Shown piece after piece: positions 10,465 to 20,053 of a DNA stretch of 64,000 nucleotides. Source of the DNA: a phage; assembly GCA_026066175.1 (NCBI GenBank), contig GCA_026066175.1_4721.1. One strand, written 5' to 3'. Both the position numbers and the translations under genes were made by a program. Within the stretch, counting starts at the first letter, position 1; every line of letters starts with the position of its first letter. The notes under the pieces were generated by a model. It made no database searches. It worked only from the letters and a program-made list of their open reading frames with translations, and was not told where the DNA came from.

Positions 10465-11985
10465 TTACACCTCGCTAATCTGAATAACGTAAAGCTGCTG
10501 GGCCACGTAATCGGTGGTCAGATGCATCGTTGCGATCGTTGCCGCTTCGAAAACGGTAAGCTCGGGACGTTCGCGCATGATCAAATCGATTTCATCGATC
10601 AAACGGTTAACGCCCTGGGCGTCTTCATGATGCATGACTTTGACGTATAGCGTACGGAAGTATTGCTGGAAATTAGCCACGTCGGTATCGGTCAGATTAG
10701 CCACTTCACCGCGTACGATTTCCAACACTTTCTTACGGGTGTCTTCATCGAGGTCTACCGTAATCAAATCAGCAAATACACCCTGCAGCGCCAACGCGTA
10801 TGCGCGTAAGCGGTTTGCAGCTTGCTGGCTGGCTTTCATGTTAATGTAGTTACGATAGTGCTGCATGAAGCCTGCACCGTTCGCTAACAGTTCATCTTTG
10901 CTTATGAGTTCACGTTCCAACAGAACCGCTGCGGTTAATGCTTCTGGTGAACCACCTTCTTGCAGATAACTCATGTAGACATCGGCGTTAACGAAGATCG
11001 TCATCGTTGATGCATCTTCGGCACGTTGAATCTGAGATGCGGATGGCGCAGAAAGAATCAGTTCACCACGCTCCATACGCAGGATACGATCACGACCAAT
11101 ACGTGCCATCCCGTTGATCGCTGCACTACGGGCCTGTTGCATCTTCGCACGATAGTTCTCGAGCATCATGTCGTTACCGTCCTGGATATCTTCCAGTAGG
11201 TTAACCGCCCACATATAGCAGAGGAAAGCCGGGGTTGCAGCGGCACGTGAACCCTGGAAGGCGACGTTGTCGCTATCCGGATACGCGATCAGGAAAACGT
11301 TGTTGGTAGCGGATGCCGAACCACGGAAGAAATGGTTGTAAATATCTTCCAGTGCTTGATCGCTCATTCCTTCGGTTGCTTGCTGGACGAAACGGTCCAG
11401 GTTTTCATTACCGGTATACAACAAAGTGCGGAGTTTGTCGCCGGTGATATAGGCCAGCTTCTCGGTTGGGGTAAACTCATTGTTAACATCGATCAGGCCG
11501 TTAAGGTTATACTCACCCACCAACGCCTGATATTCTTCAGAGTTATAAAACTCAGGATAGTAACTCAAACTTACTGTCGGGATCAGTTTAGGTGCCAGGA
11601 TGATCGCGTCGATGCGTTTTTCCAGTTCCGGGTACAAGGCACGGCATTTCGGCAGGATGGTATTACGCGCCAGCTCTTTGGCATACACCACCTTTTCCAC
11701 CACGTCTTGAACTGCGGTCTGTAAAACTTCATCATGAATATAAACCTCGCGTTCGCCAGCAGGTCGTACGACACCGTCCTCGGTTTCATCAAGGGTTTCA
11801 GCGACCACCACACGCTCAGCACTCAGCTGTACTAATGCATCAGCATCTTCTGGCGGTTGGTTCCAATGCATAGTTTCACAAACCGCAGCAAGCGGGGTAC
11901 CTGGAATTGCTGCAACGATCTGGTTGCGTTTAATAAACCCTTCAACGATCGGCTCAACGGCATAAACGGTTTTATTGGTAATCAT
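10465..11985 (-). CDS. hypothetical protein (506 aa)
   Basis: Long ORF in the same operon as 9021..12218; no convincing motif. Confidence 0.65.
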   Translation of the reverse strand: MITNKTVYAVEPIVEGFIKRNQIVAAIPGTPLAAVCETMHWNQPPEDADALVQLSAERVVVAETLDETEDGVVRPAGEREVYIHDEVLQTAVQDVVEKVVYAKELARNTILPKCRALYPELEKRIDAIILAPKLIPTVSLSYYPEFYNSEEYQALVGEYNLNGLIDVNNEFTPTEKLAYITGDKLRTLLYTGNENLDRFVQQATEGMSDQALEDIYNHFFRGSASATNNVFLIAYPDSDNVAFQGSRAAATPAFLCYMWAVNLLEDIQDGNDMMLENYRAKMQQARSAAINGMARIGRDRILRMERGELILSAPSASQIQRAEDASTMTIFVNADVYMSYLQEGGSPEALTAAVLLERELISKDELLANGAGFMQHYRNYINMKASQQAANRLRAYALALQGVFADLITVDLDEDTRKKVLEIVRGEVANLTDTDVANFQQYFRTLYVKVMHHEDAQGVNRLIDEIDLIMRERPELTVFEAATIATMHLTTDYVAQQLYVIQISEV

Positions 11986-12218
11986 TACTGCGCTCCCTCC
12001 AACGCGTTGTTACGTACCGGCTCTTTGGTTTCCAGACGGCTGTTCAAGCGCGCAGCAACCGCATCTTCCAATCCCAACGGCATAACCTTTTTATTCACAT
12101 CAGGATCCGCTGCATCGTTACCGACGGTCTGACGGACGACCTCAGCAACCAACGTTACCGCGTTCGTCAGCGCAACAAAGCTCGCTGCCCGAGCCGTATT
12201 AAGTTGTTCTTGGTTCAT
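11985..12218 (-). CDS. hypothetical protein (77 aa)
   Basis: Short ORF from track, first gene after the terminator hairpin at 12253-12278; 1-nt overlap with the downstream gene. Confidence 0.45.
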   Translation of the reverse strand: MNQEQLNTARAASFVALTNAVTLVAEVVRQTVGNDAADPDVNKKVMPLGLEDAVAARLNSRLETKEPVRNNALEGAQ

Positions 12219-12252
12219 TCACTTTTCCTTTACCACGTTCAGCGAAATAAAT

Positions 12253-12278
12253 GAGCAGGGGCATAACGCCCCTTGCTC
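12253..12278. terminator. hairpin terminator after the RNAP beta-like fragment
   Basis: GAGCAGGGGC-ATAAC-GCCCCTTGCTC stem-loop, followed by a U-rich tract on the minus-strand transcript, directly after the stop at 12279. Confidence 0.55.
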
Positions 12279-13409
12279 TTATTTGGCTTCATTAAAATAA
12301 ATATCAACGGCACGTTCCGTTGCGTAGAGAAGACCCAGATTCACGGTCCCTACCACTTCCGGTGAACCGATGATACGGTTAGCGATACTGGTGCCACTGA
12401 AGATAGCATCAAGGGTGTGCCCGTCTTCGGTTTTGTTCACACCATGACCCACGGAAGAGACAACGGATTTCGCCTGTGCGGCGAAGGTACCTTTATCCCC
12501 CATTCCCGCACCAAGGTCGTAACGCATGAAAATACGGATCGCGATCTGGTTCTCACCTAACGGATTACCGTCTATTCTCACGTTACTGTTATTGATGCGT
12601 CCCGTTGTTGCTTCGTTGAGTTTCAGTTCCTTAACACGTTTAGCTCGCGCCTTATCAGCGTCACCCACAAGTGCTGCCATGGTTTCGCTCATGTCTTCAA
12701 TCTGAGCGCGGTACAACACATCGATCTGTACGACTTCACCATGCACGTCAGCGCGTGGGTTATACTGACTCATACGGCGTAACGCTTCAACCGCTTCCTG
12801 ACTTTCATCGCTCAGATCGGTTGCAATAGGTTCTTCCAGTGTTGCCAGGATCGTCCGAGGTTCAACATGATCGCCGATTTTCACCAAACCACGAATGTTG
12901 AGATGAGCGTCAACAATGAGCGTACGGCTCTTAATCGATGGGGTTACGAGACGATCGGCAAGATTGTCGAAGATATACGAACTGTCCTCGTGCGTTTCTG
13001 GAATATCCAGAATACCAACCAGAGACAACACGCCTGCGCGCCAAACAACCTGACCTGGGTTCCACCAATCCCGTTTAAAATAAAGACGATGGAAAACCAC
13101 TACATCCTGGTCCTTAACGCGATCCCCGACTTTATAATCGGTAATGAGATCGTGAGGATAATACTTACCTGGTCCTTTCCCGATTATCGTACCGAGTTGG
13201 AAAACCTCTTCCCCTAATTCTGGATCGTCGTATTGTATCGTAAGCGCTGTTTTGGTGACCTTCTTCACAACACCATCGCCTTGAGCAGCTGCTGCGAAGA
13301 GTTTACCAACACGATGCGCGATAACAGTCTCGCCACCAGTGCGCCATGGTTGTACGTCGTAACCTTCAGCGGCTATCATGCGGTTGTGTTGGATGCCTAT
13401 AAACACCAA
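12279..13409 (-). CDS. multisubunit RNA polymerase beta-like subunit, central fragment (possible downstream exon)
   Basis: By-eye alignment to bacterial RpoB: FIGIQHNRMIAA resembles the conserved ANRALMG segment; IRIFMRYDLGAGMGDKGTFAAQAKSVV resembles [26 protein letters not shown]. Track start is TTG with no SD and the frame is open for 8 codons upstream, consistent with an exon. Not database-verified. Confidence 0.5.
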   Translation of the reverse strand: MVFIGIQHNRMIAAEGYDVQPWRTGGETVIAHRVGKLFAAAAQGDGVVKKVTKTALTIQYDDPELGEEVFQLGTIIGKGPGKYYPHDLITDYKVGDRVKDQDVVVFHRLYFKRDWWNPGQVVWRAGVLSLVGILDIPETHEDSSYIFDNLADRLVTPSIKSRTLIVDAHLNIRGLVKIGDHVEPRTILATLEEPIATDLSDESQEAVEALRRMSQYNPRADVHGEVVQIDVLYRAQIEDMSETMAALVGDADKARAKRVKELKLNEATTGRINNSNVRIDGNPLGENQIAIRIFMRYDLGAGMGDKGTFAAQAKSVVSSVGHGVNKTEDGHTLDAIFSGTSIANRIIGSPEVVGTVNLGLLYATERAVDIYFNEAK

Positions 13410-13733
13410 TCTCTTGGGCGAATTTAGTTCTTATTCAGTATTAACATACCGTTACCGAAATAAGACTGAGATTAGATTGTTCAGATAAGGTCGTTAATCT
13501 TATCCCGGAGGTGATGATAGGCACATCACCTCCCGCTTACGTTCTCACGCAAGAGCAGACTATATCACATCTCGTTTCAAACGGTGCTTCTTCAGCACCT
13601 CAACGAGAGTTCACTTCTTCCCAGCGCATCCAGCGCCATTCTCTTATCCAAGGAGAATGCCTCACTCGAGGGGTACAGGGGGATGAATCCCTTAGTCGTT
13701 GAACCGTCACCCTAGAACGTTTCACAACGATCC

Positions 13734-14945
13734 TTAGGCGATTGGCTGCGGATTACCCTTGGCCTGCGGACCACGAACTTTTGTCGCGGTCAACTCTTCA
13801 TTTTTAAAGCCTGCTTCACGAGCAATACGTCTCGCTTCTCGCACGTCTAACGTTTCCGTTTCCGCTTTGGCTGAAGGCAGCATTGGGCGTCCCCGCAATT
13901 CAATGAATCTCGTCCATACGTCACCGTATAAACGGACCCGCTCTTTGTAAACAGAATAGTAGATATAACGTTTTCCGTCAGGAAATTTAGTCATTCCATC
14001 CGACTTTAAACGGTAATTGAGTAACGTAGTAGATATACCCATTTCTTCAGCGCAATCGACGGCCGAAAGGTACAACAGAGGTACATCATTTTCAGGAATG
14101 ACGACAATAGCACGTTTGTTGGTTGTCTTCTCCAACTCCAGGATACTATCTTCGACTTCTCGCCATGGCGTCTCATCAGTAACCCACTTAACTTGATAAC
14201 AACCATTAACGACAGGTTGGTTCTTGTCGTTAACGTACATCGACGCAGTGGATAACTTAACACCAATGTGATTCGCGAATTCAGTCAATGATTCGAAAAG
14301 ATGAATCTCTTTTGTTATCGTTGACCTTGCAATCACACCCTTACTTCCCGTATCCGTCAACGTTGCTAACTCGTATTTGGTGGGAATACGCCATGGTTCA
14401 TCGCCGTAATCTTTGCGGTACTGCTTACGTTCAGGAAACGCTCGCTGTTTGCCTCTATAGACACGATGATGAATGAAGTCGATATTCACACCAAGATCGC
14501 GTGCCGCTTCCGTCATGGATGGATATCTGGTTACAACACCGGTATCAACATCACGAACCTGAATAGGTTTACCGTAGGCAGCAATTGAACGTTTACGCAT
14601 GTTCATAATGCGAGCATGCTGATTGTTCTCTTTCTGCGTAACCCATTCAAGATTGTCATTCTCGGCGTTACCGTCGGGATCAAGGTAGTTATTAAGTCTG
14701 TTGCCGTCCTTGTGGTTCACATGGAGCAAATGCGCATCATCGATGTTACGGAACGTTAACATTAGAAGCCTGTGCATGGAACGGTAAACCAATGTTCCAT
14801 CGTGACCTCGAAACGAATAACGATAATACCCAGCAATGATGGTGGGCAAATATTCAAACTTCGATTCCTTGTTACGCAATGTTCCATCTATGGATATCTC
14901 CAGGAACGGGAATTCCGGTACGGTCTTAAATACCTTCTCACTCAT
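13734..14945 (-). CDS. HNH homing endonuclease with NUMOD-like DNA-binding repeats
   Basis: HVNHKDGNRLNN...NLEWVTQKENNQHA HNH motif near the N-terminus; three helix-turn-helix-like repeats (TEAARDLGV, TEFANHIGV, VDCAEEMGI). AAGAGGAA SD before the ATG and a TATATTAC-type motif ~45 nt upstream. Confidence 0.8.
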   Translation of the reverse strand: MSEKVFKTVPEFPFLEISIDGTLRNKESKFEYLPTIIAGYYRYSFRGHDGTLVYRSMHRLLMLTFRNIDDAHLLHVNHKDGNRLNNYLDPDGNAENDNLEWVTQKENNQHARIMNMRKRSIAAYGKPIQVRDVDTGVVTRYPSMTEAARDLGVNIDFIHHRVYRGKQRAFPERKQYRKDYGDEPWRIPTKYELATLTDTGSKGVIARSTITKEIHLFESLTEFANHIGVKLSTASMYVNDKNQPVVNGCYQVKWVTDETPWREVEDSILELEKTTNKRAIVVIPENDVPLLYLSAVDCAEEMGISTTLLNYRLKSDGMTKFPDGKRYIYYSVYKERVRLYGDVWTRFIELRGRPMLPSAKAETETLDVREARRIAREAGFKNEELTATKVRGPQAKGNPQPIA

Positions 14946-14985
14946 TGACTATATTCCTCTTGTGCAGTGAAACTAACTACACTTT

Positions 14986-14997
14986 CGTAATATAGCC
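14986..14997 (-). promoter_or_regulatory. candidate early promoter motif upstream of the HNH gene (GGCTATATTACG on the transcribed strand)
   Basis: Plus-strand CGTAATATAGCC in the 75-nt gap between the beta-like ORF stop and the HNH start. Confidence 0.4.
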
Positions 14998-15020
14998 TTA
15001 ATTCTGTTTACATTGAAGCC

Positions 15021-18000
15021 TTAATCATCTCTATCAGCAGCAGGTACTGCAAGTGCTGATGTACTCATTATTGACGAGCTACCATCCGTTTTCTCGTCGT
15101 AGGGTTTCGTTTCACCGTATACAGACACAATGTTTGCGTTAGGTGCGAGGTAAGCAGAAATACCTACGTCCCCACTATCCTTCGTACCTTCGGATACAAC
15201 ACCAATGTCCGACTTGTCGTACTCACGATCGCGTGCGCGTCGAAGCGATGTTTTCGAACGACCCCCGATACCGGTCATCGTTGCTTCTTCACCCTGCTTG
15301 ATATCCAGCATCGGGTTGGTTTCATCGATGACGATAGAAGCACTGTCGTCAAGGATTTGGTTCCAAACGCTCACCGGACTGATTGAGATCTTCTGTCGGT
15401 TGCCTTGGCTGCTGTTCTCGTTTTGACGAATAGCACCAACCAGATCCTTATACACCAACTCAGCGAACTTATCGTACGTTTTGAAGCGCTGGTAGTTCAC
15501 GTCGTTCGTGTTAGGTGCCCAATCGTCCAGAAGCAGTTCAACCGCACGTAATAACAACATGGCGAAATCAGTCGGTTCGCCCATGTTCTGTAATAACGTA
15601 CGACTTACCGGGTCGACGAAAAGACGCTCCATGAGTTCAAGTTCGCGAAGATGACGAACCTTAAGACCTGCACCATCGACAACGTTAAAATAGATATCCC
15701 GATTGTCGAAAGCACCTCGAGCGTAACCAATGTAGTTACGGTATTCGTTGAATCCGCCTAACAACAATGTCGTCATTCGATCATCTTTACTGAAGATCAA
15801 ACTTTCATCGTCGAAGCTCACCGCGAATTCATCCGATGCTAATCCCATACGAGAACCACGAGGTACCGTACGGTAGTTCGCTTTAAGATGTTCTAATAAC
15901 GGTGTAAGACCACCTAAGTAACTTAACACAACACCAACCGGAATACGTACGCCCATGAACTCAAGGTCAGCGGCTTCGATGGGCATCTTCGCGGCATTGA
16001 TACCGAAGAAATCAGGGAACGTTCCAACCGGCGTTGGGGTTTGATTCGGTTCGTAAACGTATAACTGATTCTGACCATCCACCGCCAGGAATTCGCCGTT
16101 GGTGTTTTTGGCGAACGTTAAGAATCCACCCGCCAGCTGTTCGGTGAATAAATCTTCACCGATGTGTTCCGGCAACGTTTTGATATCGAGGCGTATGTCC
16201 CAATCCGCAAATTGGATTTGGGTGTAGTTACGTGCAAGCACCGCGAAGTAATACGGAACTTTGACAGACGGATCAAAGACGTTACCACGTTTTAAGGTGG
16301 TTAAGGGCGAGGTTTTATCGTAATACATCGCTGTGAGTTGACGTGTTAACCAACGACCAGCATTATTAACCACGCGTTCTGAACGCTTAACGAACACCTT
16401 ACCGTAGGCGGTACTCAACGCAACTTCGGATGACGATACCTTTCTGATTGGTTTATCGACACGTTGTTTACGCATTCGATATTTAATGCCGTTAACGACA
16501 TAAATGCCGTCCTTACGAACCTTCGGTAACATCACCGGGAACGTGGTCGGAACACCGCCTACCGGAGCCAGCTTGATCGTGATGACCTGGTAATCACCCA
16601 TCACGTCAACAACATCTTCAACTTTATATCCGGTAACAGGATAGCCCGCTTGCTGCACCGCCACAACGGCTGCTGCGATGTCCTTTTGCATGACATGTTC
16701 GACGTAGTGTTTATCCCATACGGCAAGCGTCGATTTGCACAAGCTCTTATCAACGATAACGTCCGCTTCCGGCATCACCTTCTCAGGTGCTAATTTCGCG
16801 GCTTTTGGTTTAACCTCAACGTATTCAGCAAGCGTGAGTCCAGAACCGTCAGGTGCTTCAATTTCATGAATCGCGTCAGCGTTACGCATCGCTGCTTTAT
16901 ATTGAACGCCGCTTAATTGACCAGCATCCGCGAGGTCGCTTGCACGTACCAGCACTGCATCGGATAACGACTGAATATATTCACCGTGCGTTTTCGGTAA
17001 CGTTGCCGCATCGAAGACATCAACTTTTTCTTCCGGCATGTCATCGTTGACAACCTCAAAGAGATCATCGGTGATGTCTTGATCTTCGTCCGGTTGAAAA
17101 TCGGGCTGAACTTCAACGCCAGGGACTTCACGAACATCTTCAAACGCACGTTCAACAACCGCGTTCCATGCTTCAGCGTCGTCATCTTCATCCGATCCTC
17201 CGATCAACTCGCTTTCCAGTTCATCGGGGTCAAGAACGGTATCAAGGTCCTCACCGTTAGGAAGCACGACATCACGTTCATCGTACTCCGCATCGGGACT
17301 GTCTGCGAGAATATCACGCTCTTGACGAAGAACCTGCTCCTCTTCTTGTTTCTGTTCTTCTTCATTGGCGCTCTGCGACCACAGACGGGTTACCGCCATC
17401 ATCCAACGACGCTGGAACGTTTCAAGCGTTGTCTTATCAAGTTCCTCGCCTTCCTTCGCTAAACCCGAACGCCATTCTTCCATTAAACCAAGATTCAGAG
17501 TAAAGAAATAGACGCCGTCCGTAAATACAACGTTAAGCTTATCCAGCGAAGCACGGTCCAATGATACCATCGTGCTGTTCTCACGATCGACACCTAACCA
17601 ACGGAAGAAGTCAAAGAACGACAGCTCCTCGGAGGTGGCAAAATTCATGAGGTTATTACGGGTTGGGGCTTGTTGTGTCGTACGCATCAACGATATCTTC
17701 GGTAACGTCGACGGGATACGGAATAACAAGAACTGCTGACGGTCGCTTTGTTGGGCGATCTCGTTTGCTTGCGTCCAAATCGTTTTACGCACGTTGAACC
17801 ATTCATCATACCAACGGGTCAGTGTCGGACGATAGATGTACATGTGGTTAAGATGCGCATAGTTAGCCACGATCTGGGCGTTGATGTTCTTCTCAACCTT
17901 GCTAAGATCGGTGACCAAACGAAAACGACGATGCGATGCACGGTAATCCAGTTTCGCACGCGGTAGCTGGAATCGCTGATCGCGTCGAGGTGCGCCTTGC

Positions 18001-18230
18001 TTGGTTGCAAGATCATCCGCGAATGATATCCAAAGCTGGGCGCTTTCTTTGCTCAGCATGTATTCGTTTTCAGGAGGACCGATTAACGAAGGATCGGTTG
18101 CTGTATAATGATAAACCGCATAACGCGGCAGCTGCAAAAGCTGCACCAAACGCAATCTAGGTGATAATAACTCTTGATAACGTCGTACACCGAATTGTCT
18201 GTAGTAATCAAGGTATTTAAGTTTTGCCAT
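15021..18230 (-). CDS. multisubunit RNA polymerase beta-like subunit, N-terminal fragment (possible upstream exon; ORF tail may be intron-encoded)
   Basis: 1069 aa ORF starting 4 nt after the beta-prime fragment stop. C-terminal RSKTSLRRARDREYDKSDIGVVSEGTKDSGDVGISAYLAPNANIVSVYGETKPYDEKTDG resembles the RpoB segment ...[44 protein letters not shown]. Contains a strongly acidic insertion around 17030-17380. By-eye comparison only. Confidence 0.5.
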   Translation of the reverse strand: MAKLKYLDYYRQFGVRRYQELLSPRLRLVQLLQLPRYAVYHYTATDPSLIGPPENEYMLSKESAQLWISFADDLATKQGAPRRDQRFQLPRAKLDYRASHRRFRLVTDLSKVEKNINAQIVANYAHLNHMYIYRPTLTRWYDEWFNVRKTIWTQANEIAQQSDRQQFLLFRIPSTLPKISLMRTTQQAPTRNNLMNFATSEELSFFDFFRWLGVDRENSTMVSLDRASLDKLNVVFTDGVYFFTLNLGLMEEWRSGLAKEGEELDKTTLETFQRRWMMAVTRLWSQSANEEEQKQEEEQVLRQERDILADSPDAEYDERDVVLPNGEDLDTVLDPDELESELIGGSDEDDDAEAWNAVVERAFEDVREVPGVEVQPDFQPDEDQDITDDLFEVVNDDMPEEKVDVFDAATLPKTHGEYIQSLSDAVLVRASDLADAGQLSGVQYKAAMRNADAIHEIEAPDGSGLTLAEYVEVKPKAAKLAPEKVMPEADVIVDKSLCKSTLAVWDKHYVEHVMQKDIAAAVVAVQQAGYPVTGYKVEDVVDVMGDYQVITIKLAPVGGVPTTFPVMLPKVRKDGIYVVNGIKYRMRKQRVDKPIRKVSSSEVALSTAYGKVFVKRSERVVNNAGRWLTRQLTAMYYDKTSPLTTLKRGNVFDPSVKVPYYFAVLARNYTQIQFADWDIRLDIKTLPEHIGEDLFTEQLAGGFLTFAKNTNGEFLAVDGQNQLYVYEPNQTPTPVGTFPDFFGINAAKMPIEAADLEFMGVRIPVGVVLSYLGGLTPLLEHLKANYRTVPRGSRMGLASDEFAVSFDDESLIFSKDDRMTTLLLGGFNEYRNYIGYARGAFDNRDIYFNVVDGAGLKVRHLRELELMERLFVDPVSRTLLQNMGEPTDFAMLLLRAVELLLDDWAPNTNDVNYQRFKTYDKFAELVYKDLVGAIRQNENSSQGNRQKISISPVSVWNQILDDSASIVIDETNPMLDIKQGEEATMTGIGGRSKTSLRRARDREYDKSDIGVVSEGTKDSGDVGISAYLAPNANIVSVYGETKPYDEKTDGSSSIMSTSALAVPAADRDD

Positions 18231-18233
18231 GAG

Positions 18234-19913
18234 TTAGGCTCCACGAGGTCCCGTTAAGTTGCGTAATAGGAACGCAACCGTATCGTAACCAATATCAATG
18301 TTGAATTTATTTTTACCGCTTACCCAGAAAGCACGCTTCTTGTGCGAGTTGGTAATTTCGTCGATGGCTTCCATGGAATAAAGAACGTTAACAGAGACCG
18401 TATCACCGTCGAAATCGGCCCCGAGCCCGGCGAGAAACACTTGGCCGACTTGGGTCGTTTCTACGAACGATGCTTTTAATGACCAATCTGGGTATTCCCA
18501 CGCCATATAACGATAGCCTTCCATCGGTTGCCAGCTATCGTCGAGTTCTATTCTCGGTTTTGTATTAACCGTCGTTCTCACATAGCAAGTTAACGGTATA
18601 ACTGACTGCATCCCGGATACCGGATAACGTGTAACCATCGCACCGAGTTTATTCCAAAGATGGTAACCACTCAGATAAATCAACTCGCAATAGGTAATTG
18701 GGTGAACATTCGCACCAGGTTTGTTAAGCATCTCTGGTGGTAATTCACTCATACCACGGAACAGCCGGAATGAGTTGTTGTTCACATAGACCAAACAGAG
18801 ATAGCGACCATTCACCATGATAGGTTCGTTACGTACACCAGGATCGCTTAGGGTGTTTAATAAACGTTCGATGCCGTCCCAGGTTGTAAAGTCATCGATG
18901 GTATCTGGGTCTAGCGTGACACGTTCACGTTCCATCGTTTCGGTATCGATAAGCTCAGCTTCAGTAACATCGCGAACAAAGATTTCTTGTAATATCCCTG
19001 TACGTAACGCATGTTGCGTTATCGGAAGGGCTGCTTTGCTCATCTGGTATAGGCCGAGCTGTACAGACGTACACGATGTTTGGTTTGGAGAGCCAAGAAC
19101 TTCGGTCGTTGGAATAACTGCTGAAATAACGTTACGGGTTGAGTTCCAAACACGACGTGAACCGAACTTACCTTGGAAGATCCCTTTCTTACCCTGGAAC
19201 ATATCCAACAGCAATGCGTAGATATCATTGAAGGTTCTTTGCAGGCTCCAGCGCTGTCCGTCGTAGACAGGATCGTTGTAGTCCTTTAACCCATCGGGAA
19301 CGGTATTGGAGATAGCAAGGAAACGACGATAAAGCTCCGTGATTTCTTGTTCGCTTTCATACCCGCCTTCTTTTACTTCTATTTCACGAAGACCAGCAGG
19401 TAACACCAATAAATGACGGGTCATCGCTTTGAACATGTTTTCTTCGACAACTTTAATACGCAGTTCTCGTTGCGCTGAACCTGTTGAAACGAACATGATC
19501 TCCGCAACGTGTTGTGCGAAGAAACCGTAGCCGGTTTGTCCCGTTAACGCATCAGCGGCAACGAAATCACGTTGTTCTGGATCCCATCGCGCATAAGCTT
19601 TACCGGACATGATATCGCCATAAAGGTGTTTCAATCGAATAAGGCGATCGTAAATGACCGGATGCAAGATTTCCACTTTACACTCGATGACCGCAAAGCG
19701 GCGATCACGATCTTCGCTTCCCGCGCTCCCAAAAATGGTGTACGAATAAAAACCATCGTCATGGAAATTACCCGTGCTCGGGTCGCGGATACTCATGCTG
19801 GTAATCTTAGGAAGGAAACGCAACTGCTGCTTATCAAGATGCAGTATACTGATATTGAACGGCTCTCTGACTTTAGCCATGGATGCACTCCTTAAATAAG
19901 GCGGCGGTATCAT
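18234..19913 (-). CDS. multisubunit RNA polymerase beta-prime-like subunit, N-terminal fragment (virion RNAP-like)
   Basis: Contains GADFDGDTVSV (universal beta-prime catalytic NADFDGD motif), GIFQGKFGSRRVWNSTRNVI (cf. RpoC [20 protein letters not shown]) and LVLPAGLRE (cf. VLPPDLRP). The ORF ends ~50 aa after DFDGD, as expected for the split beta-prime of phiKZ-like phage RNAPs. Confidence 0.8.
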   Translation of the reverse strand: MIPPPYLRSASMAKVREPFNISILHLDKQQLRFLPKITSMSIRDPSTGNFHDDGFYSYTIFGSAGSEDRDRRFAVIECKVEILHPVIYDRLIRLKHLYGDIMSGKAYARWDPEQRDFVAADALTGQTGYGFFAQHVAEIMFVSTGSAQRELRIKVVEENMFKAMTRHLLVLPAGLREIEVKEGGYESEQEITELYRRFLAISNTVPDGLKDYNDPVYDGQRWSLQRTFNDIYALLLDMFQGKKGIFQGKFGSRRVWNSTRNVISAVIPTTEVLGSPNQTSCTSVQLGLYQMSKAALPITQHALRTGILQEIFVRDVTEAELIDTETMERERVTLDPDTIDDFTTWDGIERLLNTLSDPGVRNEPIMVNGRYLCLVYVNNNSFRLFRGMSELPPEMLNKPGANVHPITYCELIYLSGYHLWNKLGAMVTRYPVSGMQSVIPLTCYVRTTVNTKPRIELDDSWQPMEGYRYMAWEYPDWSLKASFVETTQVGQVFLAGLGADFDGDTVSVNVLYSMEAIDEITNSHKKRAFWVSGKNKFNIDIGYDTVAFLLRNLTGPRGA

Positions 19914-20053
19914 CTGAACACATGAGAGACGTAATGGGTGAAGCCATCACCCATCGCTTCCCTGCTTGATGCGAGGAAGGTATTAAATTACGTACCTGTT
20001 CGACAGCATCGAACAGGCGATGTATGAAGCTATGCTTCAATTTGGAGGTATAC

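Larger units (their letters stand above)
13410..15080 (-). ncRNA. putative group I self-splicing intron carrying an HNH homing endonuclease ORF (boundaries approximate)
   Basis: On the transcribed strand, GUUCAACGACUAAGG (revcomp of 13690-13706) and GAUAUAGUC (revcomp of 13556-13573) match group I R and S elements and can form P7 (GACUA/UAGUC). A 10-bp stem-loop at 13508-13534 is P9-like. Both flanking ORFs are RNAP beta-like fragments. Confidence 0.45.

Noticed and set aside
10465-11985. Possible C-terminal RNAP beta fragment (FQGSRAAATPAFLCYMWAV vs RpoB GGQRFGEMEVWALEAYGA)
   Set aside because: Similarity too weak by eye and a terminator hairpin separates it from the beta-like fragment; left as hypothetical.
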